From: an uncultured delta proteobacterium
GTDB lineage: Bacteria; Desulfobacterota; RBG-13-43-22
Direction of reading: 5' to 3'
DNA length: 25,146 nt
NCBI GenBank assembly: GCA_963802945.1
Contig: CAWDKY010000045.1
Location: forward strand, 1 to 25,146
Shown here: in pieces, positions 9,771 to 17,307 of the stretch
Layout of the letters: the number at the start of each line of letters is the position of its first letter
How positions within the stretch are numbered: position 1 is the stretch's first letter
Position numbers and translations under genes: made by a program
Notes under the pieces: generated by a model
What the model was told of the DNA's origin: nothing
Database searches by the model: none
What the model saw: only the letters and a program-made list of their open reading frames with translations

Positions 9771-9924
9771 TTGATTGTAAAGGCATTTTTGATACCAAAG
9801 ACCAGCAAACAATCACCGTCCCCGTTAAAACCGGGGTCCTAAAAATTTTATAAAAATAAACGCCAGAGTCGACCTCCCTTCTAAGGATAATAGAAAGCGT
9901 ACTTTGTTTTTCATAACCTGAGAA

Positions 9925-10030
9925 ATTGGTTTAATACGAACTTGCCTTTTGATGGGAAGAGTATAAAACAAGATGCCAATAGGATCAAGAGGGAAAATAG
10001 GGCCAAGGGCAAAAGGGGAAAAAGGTGTTT
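9925..10030 (-). promoter_or_regulatory. Sigma70-type promoter module B (TTGATC-17-TATACT), no adjacent gene
   Basis: Minus-strand -35 at 9983-9988 and -10 at 9960-9965; shares TATACTCTTCCCAT with module A and TCAAAA..AAGTTC.TATTAAA with module C. Confidence 0.55.
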
Positions 10031-10059
10031 ATTCCATGGTTGGCTACCGATTTCATGAA

Positions 10060-10280
10060 AAGGGCGGTTTCCCGATACGGGAAAAAGGTCGACATCGTCG
10101 CTGGAGACCGACGATTCACCTATTGGGAAAAGAAATAGTTAAAAAATTATACCGCCTTTAAACATCGGGGACCTGCAGACGATACCTTTTAAATGGAACA
10201 TATCCCCGGAAAGAAAACTGCCTTCGGAAGAAGGCATGAACTGGAATTAGGCGCGGTATCGTGCTGCACCTATTTCTTCC
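10060..10280. ncRNA. Candidate structured non-coding RNA (unassigned family)
   Basis: About seven potential helices in 220 nt, including a multibranch domain closed by AAGGGCGGT/ACCGCCTTT and a GGAA tetraloop hairpin; no credible ORF. Not matched to any known family. Confidence 0.35.
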
Positions 10281-10664
10281 ATATTAATAATTAGAACAAA
10301 AGTCAAGATCAGGCTTGACCCCTTCTACCTTGAACGATATTTCACCAGACAGGTAGTGTCAATATCTATGATGGCTGAGGAGTATCTACTAATGTTTTAA
10401 GAAGATAGAGCAGAAAATTAATAATTACCGTTTGAAATATGCAAACCACTTCCCTATAGATTACTCGGATTCCCAACTTCCTTTCTACTATGAGGAAACC
10501 TTTAATCAGGATTTCGGATCTTCCCAAATTCACTCCATTGTTTAGGGGAAAATTGTGATACAAAGGGCGCAGTTCGTCTAAATTTTGGGTGGTTTCCCTA
10601 TTCTTTTTCTCTTATCCCTCCATGTTTTTTAAATCCACCCCCGCAAAACCCCTTTTTCTTCAAA

Positions 10665-10765
10665 TGTACACCTCCACCCCTGGCCTTTGGCTCTATTTTT
10701 CTCCTTGACCACCCCTTTTTCGTTCTTTATACTTTACTCGTCAAAAAGGAAGTTCTTATTAAATG
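10665..10765 (+). promoter_or_regulatory. Sigma70-type promoter module C (TTGACC-17-TATACT) upstream of the M28-like gene
   Basis: -35 at 10705-10710 and -10 at 10728-10733; CTATTTTTCTCCTTGAC identical to module A. Confidence 0.7.
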
Positions 10766-10793
10766 ATTGTTTGCCAACAAGGAGGATATAGTC

Positions 10794-12341
10794 ATGAAAA
10801 AAAATATTCTGTTAACGGCTGTAGTTCTTATTTGTCTGTTTTGGATCCTTGGCCAGAGGGCACCCCAGACAGAGGCTGCTGAGACCGCTGCTAGATATAT
10901 CACCAGCATTAATTCAAAATTCATGATCACCCCGGATGAAGCTCAACAATGGCATGAATACAAGGATAAATCGGGGCCGACTTTTTCGGGAAGTCCATCT
11001 TGGAAGCGCTACTTGACTTTTCTTGAAGAAAAACTCAAACAATATGGTCTTGTGGACATCACCAAAAATACCTGGTCCTATGATCGTTGGTATACCTCCG
11101 AATGGCCAGACAGTTCCAACTGGACACTGGTGTCGAATGGGCAGCCCGTGAAAGTTGCCCACTATGGCGCCTATTCGGGTTCAACCAGTGCTGAAGGGGT
11201 TACCAGAAACCTGGTCCTATATAACCCCAAGGCCGCACCCGAAACCTTCAAGGACAAAATCATTGTATTCGCAACCGCCCCTCACCCGGCCCCTCCATTT
11301 GACAAAAACTACAAAGATTGGTTCACGCTCAGCGATTATGAATATCGATCGTCTGAGGACTTCCCCCCTTTATTTACCCAGGTCCCGCCAACTGAATCGG
11401 TGAGCTATGATGTCTGGTGGCAATTACGCCAAACGGCCTTAATGAACCGCGTTTTGCAACAAACCCAGGCCGCAGGTGGGGTAATGGTTTTCAATATGGA
11501 CTATGACCGGTTGGCTGGGTTGTATACCTTCCCCATACCGACACTGTTCAACTCCCCGAATTTGTATGTGGACCGGAAAGCTGGCGCCCAGTTGAGTCAG
11601 GATGCTAAGGAAGGTAAATCAGCAACCCTCAAGCTGTTGGCCAAGGTCGAACCCTCGGAGACCTATCAGTTGATCGGGTACCTGCCTGGTAAATATTACG
11701 GAACAGCCCAGGATGAGAAAATCATGTTGATATCCCATACCGATGGGCCGGCCGTCCTTCAGGAAAATGGAGCTTTGGGAGTATTGGGGATTGTGGCCTA
11801 CTTTTCCCATATTCCTCAGTCCGAGAGACCGAGGACCCTCATGGTTTTTCTAGAAAACCGTCACTATATGCCTGGCATGGAAAAGGCCTTTGAGAAACAG
11901 GACTTTTTCGCTAGGAAGCCCGAAGCCAAAAAATCTATTGTGGCTTTGGTGGCTACCGAGCATCTGGGTCAGATCGAATTTAGAAAAAAGGACGGTAAAT
12001 ATGAACCAACCGGCAAGGTGGAGCCTTCTTTACTTTGGACCCGAAACAATCAGAAGCTGATCGATATGGCGATCAAGGCGGTAAAAGACCAGCACTGGCC
12101 CAGGGTGATGGTCCAGTGCGTCGAAAGACCTGGCATTCATGGAGGCTCTCAGGGGGTGTGGTATGGCATGGGCGGAATCGCCCTGGACTGGAACCTCCCC
12201 GCCTTTGCCACCATGGGCATCCAGGGTGCCTACTGGGCAACTACCGCACGGATCAATACCTTTAACAAAGAATTGTTTTATACAGAAGTCAGTACCATGA
12301 CCCAGCTGACCGGAGAACTGATGAAAGCAGACTTGAAATGA
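10794..12341 (+). CDS. Secreted PA-domain / peptidase M28-like (Zn-dependent exopeptidase fold) protein
   Basis: AAGGAGG RBS then MKKNILLTAVVLICLFWILG...TEA signal peptide; PA-like middle region; IGYLPG, SHTDG, QENG and TEHLG motifs. Family assignment is tentative. Confidence 0.6.
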   Translation: MKKNILLTAVVLICLFWILGQRAPQTEAAETAARYITSINSKFMITPDEAQQWHEYKDKSGPTFSGSPSWKRYLTFLEEKLKQYGLVDITKNTWSYDRWYTSEWPDSSNWTLVSNGQPVKVAHYGAYSGSTSAEGVTRNLVLYNPKAAPETFKDKIIVFATAPHPAPPFDKNYKDWFTLSDYEYRSSEDFPPLFTQVPPTESVSYDVWWQLRQTALMNRVLQQTQAAGGVMVFNMDYDRLAGLYTFPIPTLFNSPNLYVDRKAGAQLSQDAKEGKSATLKLLAKVEPSETYQLIGYLPGKYYGTAQDEKIMLISHTDGPAVLQENGALGVLGIVAYFSHIPQSERPRTLMVFLENRHYMPGMEKAFEKQDFFARKPEAKKSIVALVATEHLGQIEFRKKDGKYEPTGKVEPSLLWTRNNQKLIDMAIKAVKDQHWPRVMVQCVERPGIHGGSQGVWYGMGGIALDWNLPAFATMGIQGAYWATTARINTFNKELFYTEVSTMTQLTGELMKADLK

Positions 12342-12932
12342 TTTAATCCCAATATACTGGAGACCTTGTCGTTAAATTCTGAACAGATTCAAGGGGAGTT
12401 AAGGAAGAAAAATACAATTGAATACCGTTTGTAATGTAGTTTAAAGAGCTAAAATTTGAAATCAACATTACAGGAAAAAACGGTTAAATCACCTAGCAGT
12501 TTTTGGATAGTTTTTTTCTAGCCATCAATATTTCTCCCCGGGTGAATATCATTTTAATGAAGGGTTGCCCCTCAAATTATATCCTCAAAAACCCCAATTT
12601 TATTTTCGAAGATTGAGGGTCCGGTTTTTCATCTCGGTATTTTACCTTAATGAAATGTGAATCTCTCAAGAGTGCGCTCGGTCCGACACTCATTTCCACT
12701 TAAACCATTTTAGTTGATTTTCTGTACTTTGACCTTATCATGGCCGGCAAGCCGGTCGAATTCTTAGTTGCCTATTCTTAAAAACCACGCTATATTTAAC
12801 CTAAAGTTGCATATAAAATAGGGCGAAGGTCATTAATAGTCCATAACCATACTGAGATTAGAAATAAATTGAAGTCATTCAGGAATCCACCAAAAGTGAA
12901 ATCCTGCATGAGTAAAAGATCGCCCTGTTTTT

Positions 12933-13050
12933 ACCCTTTGGGAAAGCCGTGTGATGCCGCATCGCCTGTGTTGTCAAGGACTCGCAGTACCCAAGTACAG
13001 CTTCGCCATTGACGCCTTGGATCTGCGGTATCCTCGACTTTTGCAACGTT
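12933..13050. repeat. MITE-like ~120-bp palindromic element with GTAC-N4-GTAC apex
   Basis: Nested inverted pairs AAAGCCG/CGACTTT, GATGCCGCA/TGCGGTATC, GTCAA/TTGAC and GTAC-ccaa-GTAC; a GC-rich island in AT-rich intergenic DNA. Confidence 0.6.
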
Positions 13051-13099
13051 TAGGTTTTTCTCAGTATTATAACAAACCGAACATTAATGAAATGATATA

Positions 13100-13531
13100 A
13101 TGAAAATTCTCGGCTTGGATCTGGGGAGTAAGACCATTGGGGTGGCTATCAGTGACGATCTGGTCCTAACCTCTCAGGTCTTGACCTCCATCAAAAGGAC
13201 CGTCCCGGCAAAAGACTTGGCTGACATCCTGGCCCTGGTGAACGAATATCAGGTGCAGGAGATCGTCGTCGGTCTGCCGATCAATATGGATGGCACCAAA
13301 GGCGAATCGGCCCGCCAGGCCGAAGCCTTCATCGACCAACTCCGGGAAACCGTCCAGATAAAGATCACTCCCTGGGATGAGCGTCTTTCCACCGTAGCCG
13401 CGGAAAGGATCCTCCTGGAAGGAGACCTGAGCCGGAAAAAACGGCGAAAGGTGATCGACCGCTTGTCGGCCGCCATCATCCTTCAGGGCTACCTGGACAG
13501 CCGTCCCCGGAAAAACGGACCGGTCTCTTGA
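13100..13531 (+). CDS. ruvX: Holliday junction resolvase-like / pre-16S rRNA nuclease RuvX (YqgF)
   Basis: ILGLDLGSKTIGVAISD, IVVGLP.NMDG, WDERLST and IDRLSAAIILQGYLD. Confidence 0.96.
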   Translation: MKILGLDLGSKTIGVAISDDLVLTSQVLTSIKRTVPAKDLADILALVNEYQVQEIVVGLPINMDGTKGESARQAEAFIDQLRETVQIKITPWDERLSTVAAERILLEGDLSRKKRRKVIDRLSAAIILQGYLDSRPRKNGPVS

Positions 13532-14550
13532 AACGGTACTCAGTTCTTTTCCTTTTCGTTTTTATTATATTGGGGATCCTCCTATGGGATAGTTTTTCCC
13601 GCTTCCTTTCTCCCCCTCTGACAAAAAACCCTTCTGTTCAGACCGTTCGAATCCTGCCGGGCATGAGTCTTCAGGCCATCGCCCTTCATTTGACCCAAGA
13701 AGGGATTATTCACGACCCTTACAAATTTATGATCCTGGCCTGGTGTAAGGGGCTGGGTAAAAAAATCCAATGGGGGGACTTTGAATTATATGCCGGAATA
13801 CCCCCATCGGTTCTTTTAAATTATTTAACCACCGGGAAAACCATGTTGAAGCGGATTACGATCCCCGAAGGATTTACCCTTCAGCAAATCGTCGGGCGTC
13901 TATCCGAAGAAAAACTGGTTGACGAAAAAGAGTTTTTGGCCTCAGCCCATGATCTTCAATTCATAAAGGCCCTGGGGATTGACGGGCAGTCCCTGGAAGG
14001 CTATCTTTTTCCGGACACCTATATGTTTCATCAGGGAATGAGTGCCCAGACCATCCAGGAAAGGATGGTTCAAAGGTTTCAAGAAGTTTTTTTGGAGCTT
14101 CAAGGCAGGTATGGAATCTCCGGCATTCTGAATATCAAAAAGGTGGTTATCCTGGCCTCGATAGTAGAAAAAGAAAGCGGTCTTCAATTGGAAAGACCCT
14201 TGATTGCCTCGGTCTTTTATAACCGCCTTAAGAGAGGGATGGCCTTGCAGAGCGATCCCACGGTTATCTATGGGATCAAGGATTTTGCCGGCGACTTGAC
14301 CAAAAAAAATCTGCTCACCCCTACGGCCTATAATACCTATCTCAGTCTTGGGTTACCCCCTGGGCCTATTGCCAACCCGGGCAGGGATTCCCTGCGGGCG
14401 GTTCTCTCGCCGGCCGAAAGCGATTACCTTTATTTTGTCTCCAAAAACGACGGCAGCCATTTTTTCTCAAAAACCCTGAAGGATCACAATCGGGCGGTTG
14501 CCCGATATCAGCTTTCCGGAAAAGGAAACCTAAAATCCTCTGCTCGATAA
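13528..14550 (+). CDS. mltG: Endolytic transglycosylase MltG (YceG)
   Basis: N-terminal TM, TIPEG, LEGYLFPDTY, LASIVEKE, LQSDPTVIYG, YNTY, GLPPGPIANPG and YLYFVS; TTG start overlaps the ruvX stop. Confidence 0.96.
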   Translation: MKRYSVLFLFVFIILGILLWDSFSRFLSPPLTKNPSVQTVRILPGMSLQAIALHLTQEGIIHDPYKFMILAWCKGLGKKIQWGDFELYAGIPPSVLLNYLTTGKTMLKRITIPEGFTLQQIVGRLSEEKLVDEKEFLASAHDLQFIKALGIDGQSLEGYLFPDTYMFHQGMSAQTIQERMVQRFQEVFLELQGRYGISGILNIKKVVILASIVEKESGLQLERPLIASVFYNRLKRGMALQSDPTVIYGIKDFAGDLTKKNLLTPTAYNTYLSLGLPPGPIANPGRDSLRAVLSPAESDYLYFVSKNDGSHFFSKTLKDHNRAVARYQLSGKGNLKSSAR

Positions 14551-14595
14551 AATTGAATCGACTCCGATAAAGCCCAAAAAGAAAGGGGGCCTCCC

Positions 14596-14850
14596 ATGAA
14601 TCCAGGAAATCATACCCATCATTTTGTCAATCAATATCAAGGGCTGGTCGGTTTTGGTCTGGACCGGGAAACCGATGAGAAATCTTTGATGGTTTACCTG
14701 CAAAAATTTTCCGATGACAAATTTCTGAATACCCTGATCCCCCGTCTAAGTGATGACGAAATTGAAGCCATATTCAAATTTATCTTCCGATTCCTGAAAA
14801 TCCACCTAAAAAAAGAAGAATATCATCGGTTGTTTCTCAAGTATGAGTAA
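14596..14850 (+). CDS. Small conserved hypothetical cytoplasmic protein
   Basis: 84 aa with a purine-rich RBS; Y.GLVGFGLDRETDEKSL.VYLQKFSDD...EYHRLFLK resembles a small family I recall from Desulfobacterota; function unknown. Confidence 0.75.
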   Translation: MNPGNHTHHFVNQYQGLVGFGLDRETDEKSLMVYLQKFSDDKFLNTLIPRLSDDEIEAIFKFIFRFLKIHLKKEEYHRLFLKYE

Positions 14851-14863
14851 CCCGCTTTTCCCC

Positions 14864-14893
14864 TTGACCTTTCTTCCTTTCTCATTTTATACT
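14864..14893 (+). promoter_or_regulatory. Sigma70-type promoter (TTGACC-18-TATACT) for the LysM gene
   Basis: -35 at 14864-14869 and -10 at 14888-14893, only 16 nt before ATG 14910; no obvious SD. Confidence 0.55.
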
Positions 14894-14909
14894 GGTTTCA
14901 TCTAAAGCC

Positions 14910-15866
14910 ATGAATTACTCTCTGCTTTACCGAAAAATTATTTATTCTCTGCTGGTTTTGGCGGGAGTAGGGTTTGTTTTTCTCCTGGCCCGGTCGTATT
15001 TTGAAAGCCCTGAAGAACACCCAGCAGCCAAATTTCCCGTTCAAACACCTCCCAGTCAAGAAACAGTAGCCTTAGCGCCTTCGGAGGCCAAATCGAACTT
15101 GACGGCAGAGGTGGGACCAAAACCAGGAACCGAGTCGACAGCTTCCCTTACGGATCAGGATTCCAATCGTCCGACTTCTGCAGCCCCCCAGGAAGTGAAG
15201 GAGCCCCTATTGACAGTTCCAACCATCGAAACCAAGCCGGTACCAACTGTCCCGAGACCCGAAGTCAAGCCCTCAATCTCCCCCCCGCTTAAGGAGATTA
15301 AAAAAGAGACGGAACGACAAGAGGCAAAAAAAGAGACCAAGCCCAAAGAGTCGGCCGAAAAAACAAAACCCCATCCATCGGATTCAAAAAATGCCGATTC
15401 AAAAAACAGTATTGAACAATCCGACCATAAAACCGTGATGGTAAAAGCCGGGGATTCCATCTATACGATCGCCGAAAAAACCTATAAAGTGTCCAATACC
15501 TCGGTCGTAGACCGAATAATGGAATTGAATCCCAAGATTGCCAATCCCGACCTATTGCCGGCCAACCAGAAAATCAGGTTACCAGAAATCACCGAGGAAT
15601 CCTTGATCATCGCCTCCTCGGACGCTGCTGTCAAGGTTCGGCTGGGGACTTTCATAAAACCCGAATATGCCAATTTTTTAAAAGGGCACCCGGCGTTACA
15701 AGGAAAGGATATCGAGATCATTCCCTGGAAAACCCCTTCCGGGCAGACCTTTTACCGGGCCATAGCCGGAAAATTTAACAGCCGGGAAGAAGGATTACAA
15801 GTAATTCGCGATCTGAAAGAGAAGGGATTGTCCCCCTATTTTGAAGGTTTCAAAAAGAAAAATTAA
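14910..15866 (+). CDS. Membrane-anchored LysM-domain protein with Pro/Glu/Lys-rich linker and SPOR-like C-terminus
   Basis: One N-terminal TM; low-complexity linker; LysM VKAGDSIYTIAEKTY...IMELNPKIANPDLL..NQKIRLP; C-terminal VRLGTF...FYRAIAGKFNSREEG...LKEKG is SPOR-like. Confidence 0.75.
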   Translation: MNYSLLYRKIIYSLLVLAGVGFVFLLARSYFESPEEHPAAKFPVQTPPSQETVALAPSEAKSNLTAEVGPKPGTESTASLTDQDSNRPTSAAPQEVKEPLLTVPTIETKPVPTVPRPEVKPSISPPLKEIKKETERQEAKKETKPKESAEKTKPHPSDSKNADSKNSIEQSDHKTVMVKAGDSIYTIAEKTYKVSNTSVVDRIMELNPKIANPDLLPANQKIRLPEITEESLIIASSDAAVKVRLGTFIKPEYANFLKGHPALQGKDIEIIPWKTPSGQTFYRAIAGKFNSREEGLQVIRDLKEKGLSPYFEGFKKKN

Positions 15867-16074
15867 AACCTAAAAATCCTGCCCGTCGAATTGGTCGGTT
15901 GGATCTATTGCTGCCTTATTTTTATCTCCCAAAAATCACTTTGACCTCTTTACTCTCCAGAAGCAACGATTACCTGTTTACGGCTTTTGGCTTGAAATAA
16001 AAAGCAAAGTTGGCTATGGTGATCATAGGTTACCATGAGTATATGGGGTTCATATTTTAATCAGGGAGGTGTCT

Positions 16075-17217
16075 ATGTTTAAAAGTATTCTAAAAATTTT
16101 ATTAGCCTTAGTCATGACTTGGTTGATGGCCGGACCAGTTATAGCTGCTCCTCCTATTATGATTGGAGCGCTATTCTCTGTCTCAGGACCGGCGGCCTTT
16201 TTAGGTGAACCGGAACGTAACACCGCGCAGATGGTGGTGAACGATATCAACAAGGCCGGTGGAATAAAGGGACGTCAACTGGAGCTTGTCGTCATCGATA
16301 CCCAAGGAGACGCCACCAAGGCCGTGCAGGGTGTCAATAAATTAATTAAAGATGATAAGGTAGTGGCTATCATCGGCCCCAGCACAACCGGCGACAGCAT
16401 GGCCGTCATTCCCATAGTCGAAAAAGCTGAAATACCGCTTATTTCCTGTGCCGCGGGAATCAAGATAACCGATCCGGTTAAAAAATGGATTTTTAAAACC
16501 GCTCAAAATGACGCCCTAGCCGTCATCAGGATATTTGAGTATCTGAAAAAACAAAAAATCAATAAAATAGCCATTCTGACGGTCTCAGACGGTTTTGGTG
16601 CCTCAGGAAGAGAGCAATTGGGTTTACAAGCCAAAGAATATGGAATTGAAATAATTTCCGATGAAACTTACGGGCCCGCCGATAAGGACATGACCGCTCA
16701 ATTGACTAAAATTCGGGGCAGTGAGGCCCAGGCCATTATTTGCTGGGGCACCAACCCAGGACCGGCCATTGTGGCCAGAAACGTCAAACAATTGGGAATA
16801 AAACTCCCTTTGATTATGAGTCACGGAGTTTCCTCCAAAAAATTTATTGAACTGGCCGGTGACGCCGCTGAGGGAATTATTCTTCCTTCCGGCCGGGTCA
16901 TTGTGGCCAATCAAATCTCCAATAAAGACCCGCAAAAAAAGAAGCTGCTCAGCTATGTAACTAGTTATCAAAAGCATTACAAAGTCGAGGGCGACCATTT
17001 TGGCGGTCACGCCTGGGATGCGATGATGCTGCTCAAAGGAGCCATTGAAAAAGCTGGCGGCTCTCCGGCGGCTATTCGTGATCAACTGGAAAAAACGAAA
17101 AATTTTGCCGGTATCGGCGGAACCTTCAGCTATTCTCCGCAAGACCATGCCGGACTGACTAAAGACGCTTTTGTTATGGTGCAAATTAAAAACCAGGCCT
17201 GGACTTTAATTAAATAA
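16075..17217 (+). CDS. livK: LivK/LivJ-family ABC transporter substrate-binding protein
   Basis: Signal peptide, IGALFSVSGPAAFLG, INKAGGIKGR, AIIGPSTTG and DMTAQLTKI; GGAGG RBS favours ATG 16075. Confidence 0.93.
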   Translation: MFKSILKILLALVMTWLMAGPVIAAPPIMIGALFSVSGPAAFLGEPERNTAQMVVNDINKAGGIKGRQLELVVIDTQGDATKAVQGVNKLIKDDKVVAIIGPSTTGDSMAVIPIVEKAEIPLISCAAGIKITDPVKKWIFKTAQNDALAVIRIFEYLKKQKINKIAILTVSDGFGASGREQLGLQAKEYGIEIISDETYGPADKDMTAQLTKIRGSEAQAIICWGTNPGPAIVARNVKQLGIKLPLIMSHGVSSKKFIELAGDAAEGIILPSGRVIVANQISNKDPQKKKLLSYVTSYQKHYKVEGDHFGGHAWDAMMLLKGAIEKAGGSPAAIRDQLEKTKNFAGIGGTFSYSPQDHAGLTKDAFVMVQIKNQAWTLIK

Positions 17218-17246
17218 AAATCGATTCAAGACAGGGCAACTAAAAC

Positions 17247-17279
17247 GCGGTGCAGGCATCATCCGGTATCCTGCACCGC
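17247..17279 (+). promoter_or_regulatory. Intercistronic stem-loop after the SBP gene (mRNA stabiliser or partial terminator)
   Basis: Perfect 10-bp stem GCGGTGCAGG/CCTGCACCGC with 13-nt loop and a weak U-tract. Confidence 0.6.
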
Positions 17280-17307
17280 CTTCCTATCTTTCGGATAAAC
17301 CTATTTA

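Noticed and set aside
10100-10180. Cobalamin-riboswitch-like fragments (GGAGACC, GGGGACCTGC)
   Set aside because: B12-box context (GCCACTG, GGGAAG, AGCCAG) is absent and no B12-related gene follows.
7205-10320. GTCAA...TTGAC repeats as a degenerate CRISPR array
   Set aside because: Only three divergent copies with irregular spacing and no cas genes.
9973-10563. ORFs 9973..10161 (+) and 10366..10563 (-)
   Set aside because: No RBS or recognisable motifs; they overlap promoter-like and structured DNA.
12341-12490. Integron attC-like site (GTTAAAT with an upstream hairpin)
   Set aside because: No matching RYYYAAC inverse core, no cassette array and no integrase.
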